Shown: positions 47,636 through 61,424, counted from the first letter of the stretch. The stretch is 64,000 bases of DNA from Fimicolochytrium jonesii (GCF_025526975.1 NW_026515675.1:558001-622000), one strand, 5' to 3'. Translations and numbers: made by a program. The notes: generated by a model from the letters alone, not told the origin.

Positions 47636-48353
47636 TCGAGATGAGGTGTTGCAGGTGATTGCCGTGATGGATTGCCGGGAAGGAAGGGGGTTGAAGGAGT
47701 AGAGTGGGGATCCCCACGTTTTTTACACGCGTGTAATGGACTCCGTTCGGAGGTTGCTTAGTAAGCTTCTCTATTTTTCTTCTCGAGTGAATAAATAACA
47801 GCAACCTCCTCCTCGTCCATACACTCTAGAGGACTACGTTCCTCGTCCAGAGCAGAAAGGATGTGGGGTAGCTTCCAGGCTGGCTTCCAGGGCAGCTAGC
47901 TGGGCGAGTGACGGCGAGTGACGGCTATGGCAGCAAAGTACAGTATGTCAAGTTGGCAAGCGCTACACTGCGCTATATACTAACCCTCCCTACGTACGCA
48001 GTCCAACCACAGTGATTCGCAAAAAGCTAAGCTATGTAAATGTGGGAATCAATATGCGCTTATAGGGAGATTGATGCATTGCACGCATTTTTTCACCCAT
48101 AATCATCGGATCTCAGCAGAGATGGAGGTGTGTGGGCGGCGTGAAGTAATGGAAGTCTTCTTCAGAAAGCAGATCCATCATGGTTGTGGCTTCATCACCG
48201 GTAGCGTAGTGCCGCTAGACCAACGTATTGCTAGAGCAACATATTGGATGCTTACCGCGAGACTGCCCCTATTCCGGGCTGCCCCAAGCGATTGCGGACA
48301 GACTGGGGAATCTTCATCTTGAAGATGACTTGAAAAGCGATATGATAGCGTAT

Positions 48354-48466
48354 TGCGAGTGCCCATATCCAGGCTACACCTCAAGCGATAGGGAAGTCGA
48401 AAGAACGAATGCGAGTGCCCATATCCAGGCTACACCTCAAGCGATAGGGAAGTCGAAAGAACGAAT
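48354..48466. repeat. Perfect 56-bp tandem duplication
   Basis: TGCGAGTGCCCATATCCAGGCTACACCTCAAGCGATAGGGAAGTCGAAAGAACGAA starts at 48354 and again at 48410. Confidence 0.9.
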
Positions 48467-49450
48467 CGCGAGTTGGCGACTCAAGCGATCGTGACTTGAA
48501 GGTGACTTGAAGAGTGAACCGCGAGCCCGGCGACTATTCCTCGCTGGACTCAAACGATCGCGGAAGTTGAGAGCGGAACGTTCCATGAGATCAGAATGCA
48601 GAGCTACTGCAAACGGCAACGGCGACGGCGACTGCGACTGCGACGGCAACTGAAATTCGATCTGCAGTCTGAGAGGGAGTGTTGTAAGACAACCTGTTTC
48701 AGCCACAGCTTCCCTTTATAGTACCGTACCCCCTTTTCCTTCTCGGGATAGAATAGCTGGTGTGGTTGTGTGCAGACCGTCCGATCAAATGTCTTATAAA
48801 ACGAGTGGTGTGTGTGAAGGGGAATAAAAAGTAACGAGTTCCACAACACAGATGTGGTAGGAAGGTAAGAAGGAATCAGACGGAATATGCGGTCACGTGG
48901 GGGGACACGGACGTCGCGGACATGGATCAGAGTAAAGAATGAGGATGTAAATACGCTACGATGAGTAATTAAACCGTCCGCCTTTTCCTTCCTTCCTCTT
49001 CTTTCCACCTGGCCGCCTAGCCTGAGCCCACTGAACAGATGGGATCTTTTGCTAGCCTCCTCGTCCTGCTCCGCGTTCTTGGGCGTCTCGAATCTCGATC
49101 CACCGTGTGCAGCACCGTGTGTGTCACCACATTTGCAGCGTCGCGTCCAAGTCTCTTTTTTCGGTTTCGGACTTCGCCTCCTCTGACGCATCTTCCCCAC
49201 ACCCGTAGCCCCCGACGACCATCCACCAAGAATAAGCTTAACCGAAAAAGATGTTCTGTCCGCTGACACACGGCCTCGACCATGGGTTGCGGGAGTGGGT
49301 CAATGGCGCAAGAGCGTCTCGTAAAGCAAACTGTAATCGGACTGCTATTGCTAGTTTCAGGGTTCCACACTTTGATATCGGGAGGTCGCTTGAGCTCTGT
49401 TGACTCCAGTTTTCCCATAAATACCCCAGGGGAGAAGCTTGTTATCCATA

Positions 49451-52400
49451 ATGGGTACGTCTGTGAACTGCCAGTTATGTGTGCCGGACTTTGCGTGGAA
49501 GGCTCATGTCTGTCTGTTTCTATGCAATGTAGCGGGGACCGTAGAGGACATGACGACTCTGTCGGAGTTATCGGAAGAGGCCATCATGGAAAACCTGCAG
49601 AAACGATATGAGCTCAGGCTTATATATGTATGTACCCTTTCCCATTGACGTTTGAGCTGGCGAAGTGGTCGCCTCCTAAACGAGGTGGGTTCGCAGACCT
49701 ATACAGGCTCCATTCTGGTAGCCATGAATCCTTTCGAAAAGATGGATATATACAATATGGTCAGTACTTTCATGCCTTGCTGTCTTCCCCCGATGCATCC
49801 TTTCCCTAATGAAATGAGAATCATTATTCACAGCCCACCCTCAAACACTATATGGGAAAGCGGCACAACGAGAATCCGCCACATATCTTTGCTATCGCAG
49901 AGGCTGCTTACTCGAATGTCCGGAACAGAAAAGTGAATCAATCCGTCATTATCAGCGGAGAGTCGGGGGCAGGAAAATCAGAGAGTACGAAAGTCATTCT
50001 ACAGTACCTGACGACTGTAACATCGAAAGAGAATCAGGAGTCTTGGGTGGAGCAGCAGATCTTGGAAGCGAACACCGTTCTAGAAAGTTTCGGTGCGTTG
50101 TTGAGGGTCCTTGGGCACGCTTAGTCGTCGGTCGCTGACTTCCGCGAATGCACAGGAAATGCAAAAACCGTGCGGAATAACAACTCCTCCCGGTTTGGAA
50201 AGTTCATACAAGTGAACTTCAATCGGAATTCACAGATCGTTGGGGCGTCCATCATCAACTACCTATTGGAGAAGTCTAGAATAGCAAAACAGGCTCCGGA
50301 TGAGCGAAACTACCATATCTTCTACGAGCTTGTCGCTGGAGTGAACGATGAGGAGCGGGAAAAGTACCAGCTGGACAGCGCAGAGAGTTATTACTTTCTG
50401 AATCAAAGCGGCTGCGTCGACATCCCTTACGTTGATGACTCGAAAAACTTCTCAGATCTCAAGCTCGCTTTGACGGTTCTGAAGATGACACCCGCCGATC
50501 AGGAGTCCCTTTTCCGAGCATTATCTGCCATTTTGGCCATCGGGAACATTGATTTTTCGGAGGATGGGAGCACTGAGACCGTCTCAGTCGCGGAAGCGGT
50601 GGCCGTGGACAAAGTGGCTGAATTGTTGCAGATCGACGCGAAACAGCTGACCCAATGCCTGCTGTTCAGGAAACTGGTCATTCGCGGGGAAACATCGCTG
50701 GTTCCGTACAAGCTTCAGCAGGCGAAAGACACCCGGGACTCCTTTGCGAAAGGGATCTATGACAATTTGTTTCAAAGGCTGGTGGAGTTTATCAACAAAT
50801 CCTTGACATCCAAGGAGAAGCCGGCCAACTTTGTCGGAGTATTGGATATCTTCGGATTCGAAGTCTTCAAAATCAATAGCTTTGAACAGTTCTGCATCAA
50901 TTACACAAACGAGAAGCTTCAGTCGTTCTTCAACCAGTTCATCTTCAAATTAGAGCAAGAAGAGTACGACAAGGAGGGCATCAAATGGGACAAAATCGAT
51001 TTCAAAGACAACCAGCAATGCCTGGACCTTATCGAGGCGAAACCAGCTGGCATTCTCTCGTTACTCGATGAGGAGACAAAGTTCCCGAAAGGAACCGACG
51101 ACTCATGGCTAGCTAAGTTAGACAACGCCCATGCGAAACAACCTTTCTACATCAAGGCTCGAACCCAAAAGGGCGTTTTCGGGGTTAGACACTACGCGGG
51201 CGACGTAAACTACACCGTCTCGTCATTCTTGGACAAGAATAGGGATCAGATTCAGGAGGAGTTGCTGGATATCATGCGGTCCTCGAAAGTTCCGTACATT
51301 TCCAAAATCTTCCCGAAAGAGGAGAAGGAAGAGCAGGCGGGTAAAGGACCTCGGGGTGGGAAGACTACTGCCAGTACCGCTTTCAAGACACAGCTCACTT
51401 CGTTGGTTACGACCCTGGGCGCAACCACACCGCATTACGTGCGATGTATCAAACCGAACCAGGAGAAGGAGGCTTTCCTCTTTAGCGTCGAGATGGTTCT
51501 GTCGCAACTACGATACTCTGGAATGCTGGACACCATCCGGATTCGAAAAGCGGGATACGCTATGCGATTGCCCTATGATGGGTTCGTTCGCGATTTCAAA
51601 TGCCTCATTCCGGAAGGATTGACATACATGAAGGACGATCCGAAGAAGATCAGTCCCGCAATTGCGCAAAAGGCAGATCTGCCTGCAGGTTCCTGGCAAG
51701 CGGGAAAAACGAAATTCTTTATCAAGCAGGATGCTTTTGCTGCACTGCAGGACCGGGCGAAGGAGGTCCTCAAGGCAAAGGTCGTTCTGATCCAAAAAGT
51801 GCTGCTCGGAAACTTGTATCGCCAGAAATATCTGCGAATGCAAAAGTCCGCCCGCTTCCTCGAAACTTTCGTCCTTGGATTCGTATACCGACGTAGGTAC
51901 AAGAGGACGACCAGATCCATCGTCAAAATCCAGGCTACCGCCCGTGGTTGGTTTGCGCGCGATTATTACAAAAAGGTGCTCGCGGAGAAGAAAGCTGAAG
52001 AGCGTGCTGCAGCGAAAGCTCGGCAGACAACTGAGCAAGCCCCTGTACAAGGGGAGGAGCTTACATCCGCAGAGGCGCGCACAAGCATTCCTACTGGTGC
52101 TACTCAGCAGCTACCACTTCCCAAGAAGGAGAAGGAAGTCACGGAACCCAAAGCCGCTCCAAAAGCGAAGATTGCCACCCAAGGAAAAGCATCTCAACAA
52201 ACAGAGGAAGGCGTCTCCCCTGCGTCTGCCGTCCCTGCGTCTGCTGTCGTCAAGAAGCAAGGGCGCGATATTGACAATCTGTTCGCATTCTTGGGCGATT
52301 TCGATACGGGCAAGACTTCGGGCACATTCAGGGGAGCCGATCTGCTTGCAGAAATGGCGGCCGCCATTACGGCTGAGATCGATGCTATGTTTGATGAGCC

Positions 52401-55400
52401 AATCGCGAATGCCAAAGCAGCCATCTCCAAACCAGAACAGCCGTCCTCTGGAGCGGCGGTTATCGAAAAATCCCCCAGCGTGCCACTACCAGCGATGCAA
52501 CAGAAAGTGGACAGCGATGCGTCGCTGCCTGCTCCGATGGTAACAACCACATCAGGAGCTAGCGTGTTGTTATCACATGCCAGCTCGAGAAGCTTAGAGG
52601 ATAGAAACGATACCGAAGATATCGCCACTGGAAAACTGATGAAGCATAACCCGATCATGAAGGAAGTGGAGAGATCGCAAGATAGTCTTGACAAATTCGA
52701 CATCAACTCGAAGGACGTCACAATGGAAACCTACGCCTTGAAGCACTTCGAGCAGCACTTGAAGTCGGGCGGGTTCGCCACGATAGCGAAGAAGAAGGCG
52801 TTTGTACCTATGCAGGAGATGCTATCATACAGCAAGGTGCCGATTGCGGGAAGCATAACGAAGATACCTCATAAGAACGAAGCTCTGGACGAAGCGGCCG
52901 TCGAAGCCTTCAAGACTCTTTTGCGAGCCTCTGAAGTTGGTGGCAAACGGTCTGAAGAGGCTATCCAGGCGTATCTGCACATTGGTATACATACGCCAGA
53001 GCTCCGTGATGAGATTTTCGTTCAGCTGGTGAAGCAAGTCACCGAACCGAAAGAGGGAGGAGTGCCGAAGCAGTGGGACCAACTACAACTAAATACATGG
53101 CAGATCTTGACCTTGGCTGCCGCCACGTTCCCGCCGTCCAAGATCTTGGCGAAGTTTTTGTTGGCATTCCTGAAGCGCACCGCCGCAAGCCTGCAAGAGT
53201 CCAGTCCCATCAAGAAGCTGAACGTTGCAGCCGAGCAAGCTTTGAGACGCACACTGTTGAACGGGTCACGCAAAAATGCCCCATCCTTGCTCGAAATCAC
53301 TACTCTTAAGTCTGGGGGAGTACTGCCGTGTCGCTTCAGTCTTCTGGACGGCCGGGAGATGGATATTCCCGTCGGGCTTACTACAATTGCCGGAGACATT
53401 GTGAAGGAGATAGCGAAGAAGATCGATTTGAAGGATCCATCAGGGTGGTCATTGTACGAAATCAACCCTCGCAGCGAACGCGCCATCAAGGCCTCCGATT
53501 ACGTCTCTGATACCTTAGCAGCATGGGAAAAGGACAAGGACCCCAAGAAGAAAGATCAATCTGCCACTCTCAAAAAGGGCAAAAAGGGCGAAAGCCCGGC
53601 GTTAGGCGTAGCTACCAATCTGGACGCCAGCCTGGTCTTGAAAAAGCGGGTTTTCCGTGACGTGACTGAGGAAATTGTTGACGGCGTGGAATACAACCTT
53701 CTGTACGCTCAAGCCGTTGATGGTGTCATCAAGGATATGTACCCGATGACCGAACTAGTCGCCATGCACCTGGCCGCTTTAAGGGCGCAAATACTTCTTG
53801 GCGATTGCGATCCACGCGCGGCTGAAACGCGTCTGGTCAACGAGCTGAACTCGTGGATCGTGGCTAGGCTTATTCCCAACCAGCCGCGCGAGGCCTGGGT
53901 ATCTGGAATCGTTAAGCACTATCTGAAACTGCATGGAACCAGTCCGGACAGTGCGAAGTCTCAATATCTGCAGACTGTTCGCTCCCTGAAACACTACGGC
54001 GCGGGCTTATTCTCTGTCAAGCACAAAGGGATGTGGGCCTTCAGTGAAGAAATCGCGATCGCCGTACACAGCACTGGTATTGACTACTTGCAGTCACGAA
54101 CGCACGAGACTCTCTCAAGCTTCCCTTACAAGGATCTGAAGAGTTACGAGCATGAGAATGGCTTGCTCACGTTGATGGCCGTGACGCCGAATGAGGACGC
54201 GGCTTTCGAAGCGACGGAGGTTTATCAGTTTTTTACCTCGCAAGCCGAAGAGATTGTCATGCTCATTCGCGAATACTGTCCAACGACTGAATACACGAAG
54301 AAGGTCAAGGAGCAAGTGCAGGATGTCGACATCAAGAAGCTGCACCGCGACGTCGACAAATGCCGATTGGCCCTCTTGGAGCACAACATCATGAGGCGCC
54401 CAGGTCCTGAAGGCGGGGTTAAGAAGAAGCAAGGGGGCATTCGAAGACTTTTCACCACGACGACGAAAGGAAAGCCGCAGGTGCAGGCAGTGGCTGCGGA
54501 AAGCCCTTCAATGCAGAGGCGTTTGAGTTCTTCTAGTATGAAGAGTACCCGTAGCGAAATGAACAAAGATTCCCCAAGCTCCGATGAGTCTGTGAAAGGC
54601 ATTGGAGTCGCGGGAGAGGAAGCGTATGCAGACGACTACGGTCTTGCAGACTTTTCATTCTCATCGAAAGTCCTGGTCTCATCGCTCATGGCCCTGGCGG
54701 ATCCTGATTTCCCTACCTGGGCGGCCGAGACCTCTCTTGTTCTGTCAGAGTTCGCGGGGCTGCAAGGTGCACCTCCTCCGGAACTGTCCGAGTGGCCCAT
54801 CCAGGCTTTGCAAGGGGTCATCGACAAGTGTCTGGACTCGCCATACCTGATCAATGAACTATATCTGCAGTTGATCAAGCAAACGACCAATCACCCTGAA
54901 CCTGACAGCTTGTCTGTCCTGAACATGTGGCGAGTCCTGACTGTGGTTGCAGGCGCTTTGGCACCAACTGGGTGGATATTGGAGTATGCGAAGGCCCATC
55001 TGCGTCTATATAGCGCGGTTGACCCAAGGACTCGGAAAGCACGGACGCAAGAAGCTCAGCACGCCCGGCATTGCTTGCGGACGTTACATAAAACGATACC
55101 CGCGGCTCCCCGCAAGTTCCCCCCTTCGACTGACGAAATTATGCAGACCGCAAAACTTGTCCCTCTCCGAATTCGCTTCCATCTATTGGATGGGCAGACC
55201 ATCGCAGTGCCCGTTGAACCATCCGATACGGGCGATGCGATATATCACGCATTGTTGGAGAAGCTCAAGCTGCCCTCGCTTACCGGCTTTGCCATTTACG
55301 AACGTTTCGGGGTGTTTGAGCGAGCGATCGCACCAGAAGACAAAATCACAGATTCGTTGTCGCGGTGGGAAAAGTACACAAAGCAGGAGAGGACGATGGA

Positions 55401-56310
55401 CAGAGTGAGCTTTGTTCTCAAGAGGAGGCTCTTTTTACATCCGAAGCAAGACAGCACCAGCGCAGCGGAAAACAAGCTTGTACGGGCACAGGCCCTCACC
55501 GACATCGGGCGAGATCTGTTCCCAGTCAGCGAGGACGATATTGTGGTTCTTGTTGCTCTGTGGGCGCAAGTGCAGCATGGCGACGTTTCTTACGATCGAC
55601 CGGTCAATTACGACAACCTCTGCAGTGCGTATATCCCCAAGCGGTTGAACACTCCGGGCACAGGGAAAAAGGTTGCCGAAAAGCATATGGAGTACTTGGG
55701 AACAACCTCGGCGCAAGCACAGGCGGAGATTTCTCAAATCCTTCGGGCGTGGCCACTTTATGGGTGCACAATTTTCAACGTGGAGGTGAGTGTAGTTCTG
55801 GGACAAGTCTGATGCTGCCTGGGACTGACCGCATTCGCCGTTTTTGTAGCAAAATACAAACAAGAGTATGCCAAGTGCATGCTGGCTTGCCGTTGGAGTC
55901 GGCAACATACACATTCTTGCCCAACATCAAAAGGTAAACGCCATCGAAGTGCAGGAGCTTTCCCGAATCATCTAACCTCAATCTGCTTCCAGACGCCTCT
56001 CTTCACCTACTCGTATCAAGATATCGTGAGCTATAGCCCGTCCTTGAATAGCATATTACTGATTATTGGCAACAACGCCACCGGTGAGTTTTGCTCTGAT
56101 GTTGTTGCTTGATTCCGTTACTGAACGGTTATCGCATATATCTTTTCTTCGTCTTCCGCAGGTCAGAAGTATATCTTCAATACCGTTCAATCGCATGAAA
56201 TCGCGGAGCTCATCAAGGAGTATGTCCGGAACTCGCAACCGAAAGAAAGATTCGCCGGCCCGGGATCGCGGCTGGACTTGCGAGGTTCCCACACCATGCT
56301 GTCGATGTAA
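49451..56310 (+). CDS. Unconventional myosin with IQ motifs and two MyTH4-FERM tail modules (class XXII/VII-like), multi-exon
   Basis: [47 protein letters not shown] and IQ repeats ([11 protein letters not shown]). MyTH4 segments are [12 protein letters not shown] and [17 protein letters not shown] segments are CRFSLLDG and IRFHLLDG...WPLYGCTIF. Confidence 0.92.
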
Positions 56311-56802
56311 TGGCATGATGCGTTCATGTATGAAGTCTTTCTGCCTCCCAAGGCTTATATCACCTTGTATCTGGATCTTGGACTATGGCGATGCTTCCTG
56401 GTTGGAGCTGAAACCACAAAAAGCGATATCGCTGCGAACAATGCTGCCATCGTCAGATCACAGCGCACGACAATACTGACGTTGACGACCGGTTGACCCA
56501 GCGAAACTTTATATTATCATAATGAATTTATGTTCACTGTAACATTAATGAAAGATACGGGGCATCTTGGGGAGAACCCGCTCTGTCGTTGTGTGTCCGA
56601 GGAGATGGACAAGCACGACGCGTCGAATCATCGGGACGATTCTGTGTGTTTTCCCAGACATTTCCCAGGCCGACGCACTCCTGAGAATATATGTACTGTA
56701 CAGTACATCTACTTGAGTGGGCATCAGCACCTGCCCTTTGCAGGTTTGTGCTTTATAGGCCTTTCGTACTGTAGTGAACGATAGGTCAATGTGCATGTGA
56801 CA

Positions 56803-59800
56803 ATGGACTCGGATCTTTTCGACCCGGAAGAATTTGAAGCCTCCGCTGCGTCCCAGAATACTATAGACGACTATAGCCTGCATGGTGCTGCACAATACGA
56901 TGAGGTAGTATAATAGAAGATGTCCCCACTTCTTGACCTTGCCGGCGCTGATTGTTTTCTTCATGCATAGTTAAAGCAAGGTGCGAAGATGGTCCGCGAC
57001 GTTATCTCGGGCGACTTTAACTCCGGCGCCGGCAAGCAAACAGAAACCGGCGTTTCGTCCTTGATCATCAATCGACCGCCGGTAGTCGCTACTGTCGTGA
57101 AACTGCTTGCCTCGGAAACGGCCCTCTCTCTCCCCGTAAGCTACTTTGAGTAGTGTCGCCGGCGCCATCTTTGACTAACTATGCGGGAAACTCCAGCAGA
57201 CTCCGAAAGTCCGTGCAGACGAAAATGGTAGAAGTCCAAAGCGTCGTAAACTGCACCGGGATACCTCTTCGGACTCGCGAAGAAAAGTGGATGAGAAGGA
57301 TGGAGTGGACAGCGGGGACGAGAAGATCGGGCATGAGCCAAGACCTACGAGCCAAAGCACTTTGAGAAGTGCCCTTCCAATCGATGCTCCGAAGCCGAAG
57401 CCATCGAAACGAAATCCGTTATACCCCTCGTGGCCTAATGAAAACTGCCATACCGGTGCAGGTACTCAAGAGTTCATTAAAGGAGGCATTCGGCTCCGAA
57501 AGGGATTTTCGTTCAAACGCGTATCGTTTGATAAAAGCTGCTCACCGCCCACCTTCGTGAATGTCAAGAAATGGTTAATACCGACGGAAGGGAAGCTTCC
57601 AGCTCCCAAGGTCATCGAGAACACGGAGGCACACACATCCGCAACTTTGGACATTTTTCCGATGACTCCGTCTTCCCTCTTCGAGTACCTGCAGCAATTG
57701 TACGATTCACCAACATTACAGTGTGCCCCTTGCAAGTCTCTATACGACTGCATCCCGAGCTGGCAACCGCAAAGTCAACCCTCTTCGGACTTCCTTGATA
57801 CTGGTTCGACCACCTCCTTTTTTCCGAATCCTGGCTCCGGCTCTGACCCAACAGTCACTCTGGCAATGTGGTTAGATGAGTGGAAAACAGCGAAGGGGTG
57901 TGATCGAGATTCGCGGGAACAGAGCAAACAGCGTTCAATCAAGAGGCATCGTTCGGATTCCACAGGCCGTGACTTCGCTTCCTCTGATGAGGAGTACTAC
58001 GATTCAGACAGCGATGGAGGTGGACAGCCAACCTCACCGGAGCACTTGATGCTGATTGGCCCACCCGGGGTAGGTAAAACATCGTTAGTCTACGCCATAG
58101 CGGGCGAAAAAGATTTCGACATTATCGAGATCAACGCGGGACAGCGACGGAATGGAAAAGACATTCTCATCGCTGTCGGAGAAGCCGTTAACAATCAGAA
58201 CATTGAACAGCTTGGGAAGGTGGCGGAGGGGATAAACATCCAGCGCATGTTCGCAGCAATCAGTGATGCACCACCACCTACCTCCAAGCGGAAAGGAAAG
58301 GATGCAGCAGCCAAAGGGGCAGGCGCCAAACGTACCGGCCGAACTAAAGCACGGGCAACTGGCAAATCGCGGAAGCGGAAATCTCGCCAACAGGCCGGCG
58401 CAGTTGAGAATTCAGGGCGTAATCTCCGTAGCTTCTTCACGCCAAAGAATTGTGAGGGAGCGGAGACCGAGTCTGAAGAGCCCGTTTCATTAGAAAGTGC
58501 CAGCGAGGACGTGGACATTGATGTAGAAGGCCTTGGCGACACCTCGAGAGGTCTTCCGCCAGCGATTGACGCCGCCAGCGATCTTCCTTCGCCTCCATCG
58601 ACCAAAGGAACACTAAGAAAGAGGCTCGTCCTCCTCGACGAGGTGGATGCTCTATGCGAAGCTGATCGTGGTTTTTGGGGGAGTGTGCTTACATTGCTTC
58701 ATAAAAGCAAATGTCCTATCATATTCACCTGTAACTGTAAGTACAACCACTGCTGTACTATTCCGAAACTTGGACCTTATCTCACTCTTCTTTATGCCCA
58801 GCGAACCCATTGACTCCAAGTAATCAAATGATTCCCAATGGCATATTGTCGGGGCTCGTCAATCTGATTCGGCTGGTCCAAATACAATGGCCAAGCACAA
58901 AACAAGTCGCGTGCTATCTACACCTAAAATGCTTGGCAAGCGGATACTGGTTGACTGACACGAAGCCTCTCGCGCTCATCGCCCAAGCATATCGCGGAGA
59001 CGTGAGGAAGTGTTTGACCCATTTGGCACTATATACGAGAAGCTTGTCGGGCGAGGAAGGCAAGCCGGATGCAGCCTCCGCCGAATCCACCTCAGAAACT
59101 CTCCGTGGTTTCAAGGTCATTTCTCTCGGGGTTCCTTTCATAGGAGGATGTCATCGGAACACCGTGGGCCAACTTGCGAGTTTGCCTCTTCCTCAAACGA
59201 ACGGAATATCCCGCATGCCTACCAAAGCACACCTTCCTGCTGGGGCTCTTTTGGAGTTACTCACGCCATATATCAAGGAGGCCGATGCACTGGCGCTTTA
59301 CGACATTCTCGCCAATAGTAGGGTCAAGAGCTTCAATGGTTTACTGGTGGGTCTTTGCGGCGTTTCACCGGGAACACGCCAAAACTGCGTGCGTTTTGCT
59401 GAACTCAACTTCAGCACGCAGAACCTGAAGTAACTGGCCAAACCCAAGATACAGATGCTGATGCATTTTTTGGAAGCTGTCCCATCATAACGTCCTGGCC
59501 ATCTGGGAATAGCTGGCAGGATGCTGAAGGCATTGACTCGTACGCAGATTTCTTCGCGCACTCAAAACCTCTTGATGAAAGGCGCAGCTTATCCGCGTTC
59601 GAAAGCCCCTATCTCGTTCATGAACCATCACTAGCGTATAGAAGGTATGTTTCATGAAGCAGCCTTCTGAACGGAGACCACCTGGTTGAATGGATGTCGC
59701 ACAAGCTAACGTGGAAATCTCAATCTCAGACCAATCCATGCGATACTGCAGAGAGCACTGAGCCATTCGTCCGCGACATGGCGAACTCGCACACTCGTCA

Positions 59801-60117
59801 CCGAAACGGGACCATGGCTCGCAATGATGGCGCGTCTGGATCTCGCTCGATTGCCTGCCGATACGAACGCCTTCGCCGCCTACGGCTCAGCGACAGCGCG
59901 TCGAAGTCGTCGCAATGCCGATCAAACGCGACGGTGGTTCACGGACATGTTGTCCGAGGAAGACACGGTGATACTCGCTGGATCTTACTTCTTTTCAGCC
60001 TTCCGAGAACGCATGCTTTCTTCACAAAGGCCTCCCAAAGAGCCAAGTCCACCACCGAAAAGCTGCACGGGAGATACTCATTCAGATGTAAATATAAGGC
60101 GATCTCGATGTACATAG
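56803..60117 (+). CDS. ELG1: ELG1/ATAD5-like RFC-family AAA+ ATPase (PCNA unloader large subunit), multi-exon
   Basis: GPPGVGKTSLVYAIA...IEINAGQRRNGKDI, LLDEVDALCEADRGFW...KCPIIFTCN and GDVRKCL. Upstream exons from 56803 splice in frame; both ends are approximate. Confidence 0.75.
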
Positions 60118-60307
60118 CAGTCATAGATGTGAGAACACCTTAGAGCGTGTCCGCGGCCACCCATACGTACTGTAGTCACCCATCCCCCTGATTCTATATG
60201 TACATGTTTCCGCGAAACAGCGCCGATGCTTTCCCATCCGTAACACTTATTGGCGGTCCGCTCTTCGCCCGCCAACGGACTCCATCTAGGAAATGCGCAG
60301 CTCTACT

Positions 60308-61053
60308 TCACTTGGGATTTTTACCCATCCCCATTAACTTCAAGAATTTGTTCTTTCTCTGGCCGGTTTCATCATCATTGAACGTCGTGGCCTCCCATTT
60401 ATTTGCGGTCAAGGCAGCGGACTAGGAAAGAGAAAGTGCGAGTCGGAAAAAGCGAGGAAGCAAGGAGAAGTTCGGTGTATGACGATCATATAATCGAAAC
60501 TTCCGATTGTGATGTTCTGAGAGGTAAGACTTACCTCTTGAGTCTCTGTTGCCGCTGGTAGTGGAACTGCGGCTTTACTTCCCCACAATAACTTCTTCTT
60601 TTCAGCAACGTTGGATGGCGAGTGGTAAGACGTAGTCATTGTACTCGGCGTTGCTGACCCCTGGACCACTGTTCCTGCAAAGCGCGGTGGCGCACTGGCC
60701 TGTTGAGCGGCGGCAGCAAACGCAGCTAGAACAGCTGCAGACGGCTGCGAAGACCTCCGAGGCGATGAGATAGAACGAGACCTGCGTCCCGAGGATGATG
60801 AGGACCGTGAATAGTTCCGCGGCTCGCCGCGGTGACGGGAGCGTTGTGGCGACCTAGATGAGCGCCGATATGACTTCCGTCGTGAAGCGTATTCATCTCG
60901 ACCTGAGCTGCGACGAGTATCCTCCTCCTTATCACTGCTTCGCCGTCGCCGTTGTATGTCTTCAGAGCCCCTGCTTTCGCCCCGCAGACTCCTTGATCCT
61001 TCGGTCTCTCTGTCGCTCTCCTTGCTCCGTCCTCTTCGTTCCGATTGAGCCAT
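60308..61053 (-). CDS. RSRC2: RSRC2-like RS-rich protein with small-acidic-protein-type C-terminal motif (2 exons)
   Basis: RS-rich N-terminus and AEKKKLLWGSK, then after an intron WEATTF...KNKFLKLMG. Confidence 0.7.
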
Positions 61054-61424
61054 TTCGCTATGCCTCGACGTTGTATTTCGCGAGCCCACGGGAGTCCACA
61101 CGCGTCAGAGTTACGACATCAACGACTCTTTCACAGACGGAATGGGGACGACTCGAGAGTCGAGGTGTGAGCTAAACAAGGCTGTCCTCAAACCCAGGCC
61201 TGGACCGGCTTGTCCTATCCTGCGTTGAGCGTTGCCCTGCTTCGATAAAACTTCGGCGTGGGATTGCCAGTCAATTGTCAGTCCCGGACGAACGCGGTGC
61301 GATCGATGTCCGAAGGAGCAGAAGTCGTTCAAAACTCGGCTCAGCCTTAATTCCTGTCGTTCAACTAATACATGTCCAAGCAGTAACTCTACTGTATATC
61401 CACTCGACGCTTCCAACGAGGACA

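Noticed and set aside
28222..47958. Possible terminal repeats of the Fanzor element (CAAGTTGCCA at 28224 vs CAAGTTGGCA at 47949; ACTCTAGA at 28311 vs 47823)
   Set aside because: They are short and imperfect, and the first pair is direct rather than inverted. They cannot be told from chance without other copies.
48354..48466. CRISPR-like array
   Set aside because: It is two adjacent 56-bp copies with no spacers, in a eukaryotic context.
56545..57168. Minus-strand ORFs of 139 aa and 65 aa
   Set aside because: They overlap the in-frame upstream exons of the ELG1-like gene on the + strand and have no motifs.
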